From Candidatus Omnitrophota bacterium (GTDB lineage Bacteria > Omnitrophota > Gorgyraeia > Gorgyraeales > Gorgyraeaceae), in the NCBI GenBank assembly GCA_042572045.1, contig JBHPFI010000001.1:47818-111817 (forward strand): a stretch of 64,000 nucleotides of DNA. Direction: 5' to 3'. Positions within the stretch are counted from its first letter, which is position 1, and every line of letters starts with the position of its first letter. Position numbers and translations under genes: made by a program. Shown in pieces: positions 9,406 through 18,050 of this stretch. The notes beneath the pieces are model-generated. The model did not search any database, had not been told where the DNA came from, and saw only the letters and a program-made list of their open reading frames with translations.

Positions 9406-10179
9406 ATGGGAACAAAAAAAGAGTGGTGGAAAGATTTTTTTAACGAGATTTATCTTATTACTGATGCCAGGAGTGTCTGTGACAAGCGCTTGACTCAGAG
9501 AGAGGTGGATCTTTTAGAAGACACTTTGGGTTTGAATAAGACTGACAGGATCCTTGACCTCTGTGGAGGGCACGGAAGGCATTCTTTAGAATTAGCAAGG
9601 AGGGGCTATCGCGACCTGACAGTCCTGGACCATTCAGATTATCTGATTAAATTAGGCAAAAGAATGGCAAGGAAATCAGGCCACAGAATAAAATTCAGAT
9701 GTTGCGATGCGCGGTTTAATGACCTCAGAAACGGCGATTACTCTGTTATATTTATAATGGCCAACTCCTTTGGTTACTTTTCTGAAGAAAGCCAGAATCT
9801 GCGCATTTTAAAAGAAACCCACAGATTGCTAAAAACAGGGGGCAGGCTGCTATTGGACCTTACAAATCCTAGCTATGTAAAGAACGATCTCAAGCCTTTT
9901 TCCTGGCACGAGGCCACTAAAGACGTGATCGTTTGCAGAAAAAGAGAGATATCCAGGGATATTATCAAGGCCAGAGAGATAGTTATATCAAAAAAGAAAG
10001 GTTTGGTAAGGGATGGCTATTATTGCGAACGGTTATACAGTAAAAGCAGGATATCGAACTTTTTGCGCGACGTAGGATTTAAGGCCCCTGCCGTAAAAAC
10101 AGATGTTGCGTTGCATGAAAAGAGAAAAGATTACGGTTTTCTGAGCTCGAGAATGATTGTAACGGCGGTAAAATCTTGA
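9406..10179 (+). CDS. class I SAM-dependent methyltransferase
   Basis: Motif I LDLCGGHGRHSLELA and an acidic residue at the end of strand 2 (TVLDHS). Confidence 0.65.
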   Translation: MGTKKEWWKDFFNEIYLITDARSVCDKRLTQREVDLLEDTLGLNKTDRILDLCGGHGRHSLELARRGYRDLTVLDHSDYLIKLGKRMARKSGHRIKFRCCDARFNDLRNGDYSVIFIMANSFGYFSEESQNLRILKETHRLLKTGGRLLLDLTNPSYVKNDLKPFSWHEATKDVIVCRKREISRDIIKAREIVISKKKGLVRDGYYCERLYSKSRISNFLRDVGFKAPAVKTDVALHEKRKDYGFLSSRMIVTAVKS

Positions 10180-10194
10180 TTTCATTATAAGGTC

Positions 10195-11742
10195 ATGAAA
10201 GGTAAGCCAGCTGAAAATCTAGCTTTATTGTTGGAAAAAAGCGCGGAAAGATTTTCTGATAAAACCGCTCTATTTTTTTCAGATAAAAAAATCAGCTACC
10301 AGGGCCTTTACCGGATGTCTTTAAGGCTTGCTCAGGGGCTCAAGAACCTGGGGCTTAAAAAGAGAGGCAGGGTCGCGGTATTATTACAAAATTCCCCAGA
10401 ATTTATAATCAGTTATTTTGCAGTTATTAATATAGGGGCGATTTGCGTGCCTGTAAATAATATGCTAAAGGAGGAAGAGCTCGGATTTATTTTAAATGAT
10501 TCCGGCGCGGAGCTCATTATAACTTCGATCGCGTTTTTAGATATCATAAATCTGGCTAAGGGAAGACCCCTGGGATTGAAACACACAATCATAACCGACG
10601 GCTTGATGCCGGATAGTTTTAACTTTTACGAAATAATAGAGCGGAGCCTTTTAAAAAAAGAGGGCCTTTTGATAGAGCCGGATGATGTCACATCCATACT
10701 TTATACATCCGGCACGACCGGCAATCCTAAAGGGGCGATGCTCACACATAGAAATTTCCTCTCGAATGTCAGGAGCTGCGCCCCTGCCATAAAGGCCTCG
10801 GATAAAGATAATTTTATTTGCGTTTTACCCATGTTCCACTCTTTTGCGTTTACTGTGTGTATACTTTTACCGCTATCAGTAGGAGCCGCTATCACCATAA
10901 TCGAACACATAAGGCCTTTCAGGAGGGTCGTAAGGAATGTGATAAAGAAAAAGGTGACCGTGTTTGTCGGTATACCTTCGATATTTAATGTGCTTGCCCA
11001 CATGCATATACCGTCTATATTTACCTCAAGAGTCCTCAGGCTCATAGACCCTCTCAGGATATGCATATCAGGGGCAGCCGCATTATCTGTCGAGGTCTTA
11101 AAGGCCTCTGAAGATAAGTTTAGAGTCCCGCTTTTAGAGGGCTATGGATTAACAGAAACTTCCCCCGTAGTATCTTTAAACCCAATACGCGGGGAAAGGA
11201 AGCCGGGCTCAGTCGGCATGGCTATTAAAGGGGTGGATGTAAGGGTGGTGAATGACAAGGGAGAGGATTTGCCGCGCGATAAAACAGGGGAGCTTTTGGT
11301 AAAAGGAAACAATGTAATGAAAGGTTATTTTAATAATGACTCCGCGACAAAGGAGACCATAAAAAATGAATGGCTTCATACCGGCGATATAGCCAGGATC
11401 GACAGGGATGGGTATATCTATATTGTAGATAGAAAAAAGGACATGATCAATGTGCGCGGCCTTAATGTCTACCCTGCGGAGATAGAAAAACTCTTGTTGA
11501 GGCACCCGGGGATCAAAGAAGCCAGCGTGGTGGGCGTAGATGATAGGTTTAAAGGTGAAGTGCCAAAGGCATATATTATTTTAAAGGAAAACGAGGCTTT
11601 AAGCCAAAAAGAAGTGATCGAATATCTAAGAAAACACCTGGCTTTATATAAAATACCTAAATTTGTAGAATTCACGCAAAACTTCCCCAGGACTGCTACA
11701 GGTAAGGTGCTAAAAAGGGCCTTGCGGGAGGGGAGTCGATAA
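10195..11742 (+). CDS. AMP-dependent synthetase/ligase (long-chain fatty-acid--CoA ligase-like)
   Basis: AMP-binding signature YTSGTTGNPKGAMLTHRN and the conserved C-terminal K (TATGKVLK). Confidence 0.8.
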   Translation: MKGKPAENLALLLEKSAERFSDKTALFFSDKKISYQGLYRMSLRLAQGLKNLGLKKRGRVAVLLQNSPEFIISYFAVINIGAICVPVNNMLKEEELGFILNDSGAELIITSIAFLDIINLAKGRPLGLKHTIITDGLMPDSFNFYEIIERSLLKKEGLLIEPDDVTSILYTSGTTGNPKGAMLTHRNFLSNVRSCAPAIKASDKDNFICVLPMFHSFAFTVCILLPLSVGAAITIIEHIRPFRRVVRNVIKKKVTVFVGIPSIFNVLAHMHIPSIFTSRVLRLIDPLRICISGAAALSVEVLKASEDKFRVPLLEGYGLTETSPVVSLNPIRGERKPGSVGMAIKGVDVRVVNDKGEDLPRDKTGELLVKGNNVMKGYFNNDSATKETIKNEWLHTGDIARIDRDGYIYIVDRKKDMINVRGLNVYPAEIEKLLLRHPGIKEASVVGVDDRFKGEVPKAYIILKENEALSQKEVIEYLRKHLALYKIPKFVEFTQNFPRTATGKVLKRALREGSR

Positions 11743-11748
11743 GGAGAG

Positions 11749-12075
11749 ATGATGGATAAAATCATAGGTCAGGCCCTTGGATTGATTGATTTAGTGGATT
11801 ATCAGGATGGTTCAGTAGTGAGTAAGCAGGTAATAAAGAAAGATACAGGAACAGTGACGTTGTTTTCTTTTGATCAAGGGCAGGGGCTAAGTGAGCACAC
11901 CGCTCCCTTCGACGCTTTAGTTTATATTTTTGACGGCGAGGCAGAGATTGTTATAGGCGGTAAACCCAATTTGGTGAAGGCAGGCAACATGATTATTATG
12001 CCGGCCAATAAACCGCATTCTTTAAAAGCAACAAAGCGTTTCAAGATGTTTCTTGTAATGATAAAAGAGGGTTAA
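11749..12075 (+). CDS. cupin domain protein
   Basis: 108 aa small beta-barrel with a GNMIIMPANKPHSLKA cupin-2-like motif. A 3' fragment is duplicated at 56318-56432. Confidence 0.55.
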   Translation: MMDKIIGQALGLIDLVDYQDGSVVSKQVIKKDTGTVTLFSFDQGQGLSEHTAPFDALVYIFDGEAEIVIGGKPNLVKAGNMIIMPANKPHSLKATKRFKMFLVMIKEG

Positions 12076-12103
12076 TAATTAGTTTAGAGCAGAGGGAGGT
12101 TGT

Positions 12104-12283
12104 ATGGGTCCGGTAGAAGCATTGAAATTAGCGCTATCCCAGGAAAAACAAGCAATAGAGATGTACCGAGATTTTTCTGTAAAATACCCGGCAGCAAAAG
12201 ATACATTTACCTTTCTTGTTGTGGAGGAAGAGAAGCACAAAAACCTGCTTGAAAAGAAAATTTCCGAATTAACTCGATATTAG
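12104..12283 (+). CDS. small ferritin-like/rubrerythrin-like helical protein (59 aa), hypothetical
   Basis: Not in the ORF track because it is under 60 aa. Translated by hand as MGPVEALKLALSQEKQAIEMYRDFSVKYPAAKDTFTFLVVEEEKHKNLLEKKISELTRY. The E..A..Y and EEEKH pattern resembles a ferritin-like half-domain. AGGGAGG RBS upstream. Confidence 0.3.
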   Translation: MGPVEALKLALSQEKQAIEMYRDFSVKYPAAKDTFTFLVVEEEKHKNLLEKKISELTRY

Positions 12284-12385
12284 ATTGCCGACCAGTTCCG
12301 GCATATCAGAGGAATCACGGAAACCAGGATTTAAAGATATTTGTGTGTTGAGAGGTGTTAAAATTATTACACACAAGGAGGCATT

Positions 12386-12772
12386 ATGAAAGATGAAAGG
12401 GCGAAGATCGAAGAGGAGTTAGACGATTTAAAGCAAGAGTTCGAAAATTTTAAGGAGGAAAAGGAAAGGATCAGGGCTATAGTCGGCAGGATAGGAGGGG
12501 TGCCAAAATTTAACCCCAAGTTTTTTAATATTCTTTTTATTGTCGCGATTGTGTTCTGTCTGGCCACGTCTCTTGTAAGTAGCGGCACTTTGAGGCTGGC
12601 TATGCTGGAAGTGGCTATCGCTGCCCTGTCCGCAAAGATCATTTATCTTATAGTCAACCAGAATAAAATAACCCATTTTCAATTGTGGATTTTGACGTCT
12701 TTAGAATGGCGGCTTAACGAAATATTGAAGAAGATAAAGACGTTACAGGTAAAATCGAATCCTAATGAATAG
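12386..12772 (+). CDS. hypothetical membrane protein with N-terminal coiled coil
   Basis: AAGGAGG RBS. Charged helix followed by two TM segments. Confidence 0.35.
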   Translation: MKDERAKIEEELDDLKQEFENFKEEKERIRAIVGRIGGVPKFNPKFFNILFIVAIVFCLATSLVSSGTLRLAMLEVAIAALSAKIIYLIVNQNKITHFQLWILTSLEWRLNEILKKIKTLQVKSNPNE

Positions 12773-14021
12773 GGCAAAGAGCAACTTTTTAATTTTATCT
12801 TGGGCTTTATATGACCTGGCTAATCAATTTTTTGCTCTAAATGTAGTATCTTTATATTTTCCCCGCTGGCTTACCATCAAGAAAGGATCTCCCGAAATTT
12901 TCTATAGTTTGTCTTTTGGAGTCTCTATGCTTTTTGTCGCTGTTTGCGCGCCTGTTCTCGGGACGGTTTCTGACATGCGGGGTAGGCGTAAAGAGTTTCT
13001 GATTTATTTTACCCTTCTTTCCATCATATGCACTATGGCATTAGGGTTATGTCGCGGCGTCTTTTCGGCTTTGATGTTTTTTGCAATAGCGAATTTTGGC
13101 TGTCAGGGGGCAGTAGTCTTTTACAATGCCCTTATGGTAGATATAGCCCCTCGGGATAGGATTGGTTTTGTTTCAGGATTGGGAAGGATGTTTGGTTATT
13201 GCGGCGCGCTTCTAGCATTGTATCTTACTAAGCCAGTAGTATTGCAGTTCGGCTATCAGTCGACTTTTTTTCTTACAGGAGTTTTATTTTTAATTTTTTC
13301 CCTGCCCTGTATGATTTTCATAAAAGAAAAGCCGTCTAAAGAAACGCCAGCGATGAGCACTTTCTTGAAGAGGCAAGGGTTGAGGGAGGCCTTTAGGAGA
13401 TTAAAAGAGACTATTTTTGACAGTTATAAATTCGGGAAAGTCAGAAATTTCCTAAAGGCAGCTTTTTTTGGGCTATGCGTAGTCAACACGATCATACTTT
13501 TTATGTCTATTTATGCCAGCAAGGTCTTTGGATTAACAGAGGCCCAGATCATAGATCTTATAGCCTTTTCCACTCTTTTTGCTATACTGGGTAGTATCTT
13601 TTCGGGTTTTATAGGTGATATAATAGGTTATAGACGCTCTCTGATAGGGATATTTTTTCTTTGGGCGATCTGCCTTTTGGGAGGGAGCCTTCTTAAGCCT
13701 CCTTTTCATTGGTTGATCGGCGCGGTGGTAGGAGTAAGTTTAGGCTCTACCTGGGTGATTTGCCGAGCGTTACTGGTAAAGCTTGTTCCCCGAGAAAATA
13801 TAGGCGAGTTTTTCGGATTGTTTAACCTGGCGGGTTACGCTGCCGGAATAATCGGACCTGTGTTTTGGGGGTTAGTTCTTTTAGGCCTTTCTCCTTTAGG
13901 AGCAGTTAGATACCGAATAGCTTTTTTGAGTTTGATTTTATTTATAGTAGTTGGCTTTATTTTTCTTTTAAATATGGACAAGGATGCGAAAAGGCAGAAA
14001 TCCTACGCGGGATCTTCATAG
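12765..14021 (+). CDS. MFS transporter, UMF1/Atg22-like family
   Basis: WALYDLANQFF N-terminal motif typical of the UMF1 (Atg22-like) MFS family. About 12 TM helices. Confidence 0.65.
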   Translation: MNRAKSNFLILSWALYDLANQFFALNVVSLYFPRWLTIKKGSPEIFYSLSFGVSMLFVAVCAPVLGTVSDMRGRRKEFLIYFTLLSIICTMALGLCRGVFSALMFFAIANFGCQGAVVFYNALMVDIAPRDRIGFVSGLGRMFGYCGALLALYLTKPVVLQFGYQSTFFLTGVLFLIFSLPCMIFIKEKPSKETPAMSTFLKRQGLREAFRRLKETIFDSYKFGKVRNFLKAAFFGLCVVNTIILFMSIYASKVFGLTEAQIIDLIAFSTLFAILGSIFSGFIGDIIGYRRSLIGIFFLWAICLLGGSLLKPPFHWLIGAVVGVSLGSTWVICRALLVKLVPRENIGEFFGLFNLAGYAAGIIGPVFWGLVLLGLSPLGAVRYRIAFLSLILFIVVGFIFLLNMDKDAKRQKSYAGSS

Positions 14022-14041
14022 GGAGCCCAGAAGGAGTTTTT

Positions 14042-14830
14042 ATGGAAGAGAAAAAGACCATTCTTATAATAGATGACGAAGAAGATATTGTAAAAATGCT
14101 TAAATTGCGGTTTGAGCAAACTTACAATGTATTGACGGCTTATGATGGGGAATCCGGCTTACAAATCGCCAATGAATCAAAACCGCACCTTATCGTATTG
14201 GATATCAATATGCCTAAAATGGACGGCATAGAGTTTTATGGTAGAATATGCGGCCAGGACAAGAAACCGCGCTTTCCAGTTTTGGTTCTAACCGCCCGCG
14301 GAGAATTGAAAGATCTTTTTAAGCAGATGGACGCAGATGGCTTTATGGAGAAGCCGTTCGAAACTGATGAACTCAGCAAAGAGATCGAAATCATAATAGC
14401 CAAAAGGTATGAAGGCGCTGTAAGGCGGAAATCAAAACTCGCAGGCGCTCCCAAGAAGGTTTTGATAGCCGAAGACAACAAAGACACCTTCAATAAACTC
14501 GCCGTTGCGTTTCTGAACGCGGGATACGTAGTAAATTCTTCAAATAGCGGGATGAATGCCGTTGAAAAAGTATTAGCTGACGTGCCGGACTTGCTGGTCA
14601 TTAAACTGGGGTTGTCGGATTTAAGCGGTGACTTAGTGGCTGTTAAACTGAAACAGATGCCAAAGACCATGGATATGGCCGTTGTATTGTATACTCAAGA
14701 AAGCGACAACCTCGATCATTTTGTATCAGAAAAAATATCTAAGCATATAGGCGTAAAAGTAATCCAATCTGATGACCCATATGTGCTTTTAGATGAAGCC
14801 AGGGCTGTTTTGAAAGATAAGCAGGAATAA
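14042..14830 (+). CDS. response regulator with two receiver-like domains
   Basis: N-terminal REC domain (IIDDEED...LDINMPKMDG...K). The second half, KVLIAEDNKD..., is REC-like. No output domain. Confidence 0.6.
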   Translation: MEEKKTILIIDDEEDIVKMLKLRFEQTYNVLTAYDGESGLQIANESKPHLIVLDINMPKMDGIEFYGRICGQDKKPRFPVLVLTARGELKDLFKQMDADGFMEKPFETDELSKEIEIIIAKRYEGAVRRKSKLAGAPKKVLIAEDNKDTFNKLAVAFLNAGYVVNSSNSGMNAVEKVLADVPDLLVIKLGLSDLSGDLVAVKLKQMPKTMDMAVVLYTQESDNLDHFVSEKISKHIGVKVIQSDDPYVLLDEARAVLKDKQE

Positions 14831-14872
14831 GAAAGATAAACCCGCCTCAAAACAAAGAATCGGTTTGGATAG

Positions 14873-15067
14873 ATGTCCGAATATATCTGCCCCAATTGCA
14901 ACAAACCCATTTATGATGATGAGGCCTTACTGTGTCTATACTGCGGAGAAAGCCTAAGGCGTACTATAGGCTTTATGGGCAAGTTAAAGTACTCCACGCC
15001 AAGAATAATATCATCCATTGTTATTATATTGATATTGTTATGCTTTGTTTTATTAATGGTTAAGTAG
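14873..15067 (+). CDS. small zinc-ribbon protein with C-terminal TM anchor
   Basis: CPNCN...CLYCGE double CxxC followed by a hydrophobic tail. Confidence 0.35.
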   Translation: MSEYICPNCNKPIYDDEALLCLYCGESLRRTIGFMGKLKYSTPRIISSIVIILILLCFVLLMVK

Positions 15068-15083
15068 GGTTGCGGGGATTGAT

Positions 15084-15494
15084 ATGAGATTTAACGTAAG
15101 GATAGACAAAGAGGAGGCCTTAAACCTAAAGATGGCCTCATTGGGAATAAAAGAAACAGACTTGGAAGAGAAATTCATACGCTCGAGCAAGAAGGGCGGA
15201 CAGAAGGTCAACAAGTCTTCCACGTGTGTTTACCTCAAATATAAACCTGCAGGCATAGAGGTCAAGTGCCAGAGAGAACGCTCTCAGGCATTGAACCGGT
15301 TTCTTGCCAGAAGAATCCTTGTCAGTAAAATCGAAGCCCTTATTCTGGGTAAAAGAGCGGCAAAAGAGAAAGAAATAGAAAAGATAAGGCGTCAGAAGCG
15401 AAAGCGCTCTCGTAGGGCTAAAGAAAAGGTCCTCAGGTATAAAAAAATGCGCTCCGAAAAGAAAAAATTGCGTCAATCTCCCTCCCCAGAATGA
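15084..15494 (+). CDS. arfB: peptidyl-tRNA hydrolase ArfB-like (GGQ-motif ribosome rescue factor)
   Basis: SSKKGGQKVNKSSTCV GGQ motif of the RF-1 domain. Length (136 aa) and the basic C-terminal tail (RRQKRKRSRRAKEK...) are typical of ArfB/YaeJ. Confidence 0.65.
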   Translation: MRFNVRIDKEEALNLKMASLGIKETDLEEKFIRSSKKGGQKVNKSSTCVYLKYKPAGIEVKCQRERSQALNRFLARRILVSKIEALILGKRAAKEKEIEKIRRQKRKRSRRAKEKVLRYKKMRSEKKKLRQSPSPE

Positions 15495-15506
15495 TCAGGG
15501 ATTATC

Positions 15507-16730
15507 ATGGATAAAAAGATCATAAAACCCGAACTTGTATCTCCTGCAGGTGACTGGCCTTCTCTCGTCGCCGCGGTAGAAAATGGCGCGGATAGCGTTT
15601 ATTTTGGAGTAAAAATACTCAACATGAGGAACCTGGCCCCTAACTTTGACATAATGGAATTGCCCAAAATAATGAGATTCTTGCGCGACAACAATAAAAA
15701 AGGTTATTTGGCGCTTAACGTAATAGTCCTGGATAAGGAACTTGCCAAGGTCGAGAGTATCCTTCGTGTCGCGAAAAAAGCCGGCGTAGACGCGGTGATT
15801 TTATGGGATATGGCTGTTTTTTCTATTGCGAGTAAACTCGGCTTGAAGATCCATCTTTCGACACAAGCCAGTGTCTCCAACAAAGAAGCTGTTTTATTTT
15901 TTTCTGAGCTGGGCGCCAAAAGAATCGTGCTTGCCAGGGAATGTTCTTTGGAAGATATAAAAAGAATCACAGATTATATTGCAAAAAGGCGTCTTCGGTG
16001 TGAAATAGAAACATTTATTCACGGGGCGATGTGCGTAAGCATTTCCGGCAGGTGTTTTTTATCCGAATATTCGTTCGGCAAATCGGCAAACAGAGGCCAG
16101 TGTCTGCAGCCATGCCGGAGAGAATATTATATTTCTGATGTAGAAGAAAAGGTTTCTTACCGGTTAGGGAAAGACTATATATTAAGTCCGAAGGATTTAT
16201 GCGCCATTGACTTTCTTGACGATCTCGTTGCTTCAGGCGCGCATGCTTTTAAGATCGAGGGGAGAAAAAAGTCAGCGGAGTATGTAAGGGTAGTGACGTC
16301 TGTTTACCGGAGGGCAATAGACGCTGTTTCAGAGGGCAGCTTGTCTGCATCCTTAAAAAGGGATCTCAAAAAAGAGCTAAAAACGGTTTATAACCGGGGG
16401 TTTTCCGAAGGATTGCTGTTCGGGGATTCTCCAGGTAAAATAAGCAGGGGCATAGAGCATACTCACGAGAAAGTTTTTGTAGGGGAAGTGACAAAGTTTT
16501 TTAAGAAGATAAGCGTTGCCCAAATAAAGATTTTTGACCATCCTTTAAAAGTAGGCGATACTATAATGTTTATAGGCAAAACCACACCCGCCCGACAAAC
16601 CCCCGTTACCCAGATCCAGTATCAGCATAAACCTCGAAAAAGAGCTCTTAGAGGCGAACAGGTCGGCGTAAAGCTGCCTTTTCTTGTAAGGTTAAATGAT
16701 AAAGTATTTTTATGGCGGAAGAAAGAATAA
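15507..16730 (+). CDS. peptidase U32 family protein (RlhA/TrhP-like RNA hydroxylation family)
   Basis: N-terminal ELVSPAGDWPSLVAAVENGADSVYFG matches the U32 signature (ELLAPAG...GADAVY.G). 407 aa. Confidence 0.7.
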   Translation: MDKKIIKPELVSPAGDWPSLVAAVENGADSVYFGVKILNMRNLAPNFDIMELPKIMRFLRDNNKKGYLALNVIVLDKELAKVESILRVAKKAGVDAVILWDMAVFSIASKLGLKIHLSTQASVSNKEAVLFFSELGAKRIVLARECSLEDIKRITDYIAKRRLRCEIETFIHGAMCVSISGRCFLSEYSFGKSANRGQCLQPCRREYYISDVEEKVSYRLGKDYILSPKDLCAIDFLDDLVASGAHAFKIEGRKKSAEYVRVVTSVYRRAIDAVSEGSLSASLKRDLKKELKTVYNRGFSEGLLFGDSPGKISRGIEHTHEKVFVGEVTKFFKKISVAQIKIFDHPLKVGDTIMFIGKTTPARQTPVTQIQYQHKPRKRALRGEQVGVKLPFLVRLNDKVFLWRKKE

Positions 16731-17677
16731 CCCTTCTCCTCAAGCATAAGACACTCCTTTCTCCTATGGCAGGGGTCAGTTCTTTTCCTTTCAGGATGCT
16801 CAACCGCGGGTTCGGATGCAGGTTTTGTTTTCTTGAGATGATAAACTGCCGCACCTTGAGCTATTCAAACAGAAAAACCCAGGAAATGATGAGGACGTCC
16901 GAAAAAGACAGGCCTTTAGGGGTCCAAATCCTAGGGAGGAAAGAGCAATTTATTTTAAGAGCTGTCGAAAAGCTTCAGGATTACAGGATGGACATACTTG
17001 ATTTCAACGCGGCGTGTCCTCAGAAAAAAATTACCGGCAGAGGGGAAGGCGCGGCATTGCTTAAAACGCCTAAAACGTTAAACAGTTTATTGAAACTGAT
17101 AGTTAAAAATTCAAATTGCCCTGTTACTGTAAAGATCCGTCTTGGGTGGAATGATTTTTCCCACGCCAGGGATATTGCCCTATACGCCCAGGATGCGGGG
17201 ATAGGCGCTTTATTTATCCATGGCAGGACAAGGGAGCAAGGCTACAGCGGTAAGGTCAACTATGAAGCAATAACAGCGGTAAAGAAATCCCTTGATATTC
17301 CTGTCATAGCGAGCGGGGACATTTTAAATGCTGAATCAGCCAGGAAAATGATAGATGAGACAGGTTGCGATGCTGTAACAGTAGCCCGCGGCGCGCTAGG
17401 CAATCCGTGGATATTTAAAGAAATAGAAGAATTTTTAAGAACCGGCAGGATATTAAAAAGGCCTGCCATAAAAGAAATAGCAAAAACTATGAAGCTTCAT
17501 TTTGAGCTGTGCTTGGATTTTTACGGGGAGAAGAGAGGAGTTGTGAATTTTAGAAAATTCTTTATATGGTACACGCGTCACTTTAGAGGGGTAAAGCCTT
17601 TAAGGACTAAAGTGGCGCGCATAAACACCAAGGAAGAGACATCAAGGCTTATAAACGATTTTTATATTAACTCCTGA
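16712..17677 (+). CDS. dus: tRNA-dihydrouridine synthase
   Basis: LSPMAGVS...LDFNAACPQKKITGRGEGAALL with the catalytic Cys in the LDxNxGCP-type motif. FMN-binding TIM barrel. Confidence 0.8.
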   Translation: MAEERITLLLKHKTLLSPMAGVSSFPFRMLNRGFGCRFCFLEMINCRTLSYSNRKTQEMMRTSEKDRPLGVQILGRKEQFILRAVEKLQDYRMDILDFNAACPQKKITGRGEGAALLKTPKTLNSLLKLIVKNSNCPVTVKIRLGWNDFSHARDIALYAQDAGIGALFIHGRTREQGYSGKVNYEAITAVKKSLDIPVIASGDILNAESARKMIDETGCDAVTVARGALGNPWIFKEIEEFLRTGRILKRPAIKEIAKTMKLHFELCLDFYGEKRGVVNFRKFFIWYTRHFRGVKPLRTKVARINTKEETSRLINDFYINS

Positions 17678-17789
17678 GCGCAATAATAAGTTTTCTAACA
17701 TGATCTCTGTGTCCCGCGGCAGAAGATATAGCAGGTTAGAAACGCGGGTTTTTGGCGTAAAAGGCGCCAAAATAGCGCCAGAGGTTTAT

Positions 17790-17818
17790 TTGAAAGATAG
17801 CGTTTTCCATGGTATACT
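17790..17818 (+). promoter_or_regulatory. sigma70-like promoter of giant gene 1 (TTGAAA-17-TATACT)
   Basis: Conserved with the promoters at 38416-38444 and 59344-59372, at the same spacing. Confidence 0.5.
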
Positions 17819-17825
17819 ATATATA

Positions 17826-18050
17826 AGATATATAGCAGCAAGATTCAAGGCATAGCGTATGTACTTTATATGATTAACCAGGCCAGTAATAAGGGCTATT
17901 TTTTTGCCTATATTAAGTTAAACTTTAAAAAACTCTTATATATAGCAGAAAGATAGAAGACATAGCGTATATGCTGTATTGGACTAACTAAGTTGCCGAG
18001 AAAGGCTATTTTTTTGCCTACATTATGATAAACTTTAAAAAACTCTTCAG
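17826..18050 (+). repeat. tandem direct duplication (~112 bp x2) of the giant-gene leader and start region
   Basis: aagggctatttttttgcctatattaagttaaactttaaaaaactctta (17890-17937) repeats ggctatttttttgcctacattatgataaactttaaaaaactcttcag (18003-18050). The ATG is mutated to ATTAAG in the upstream copy. Confidence 0.6.
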
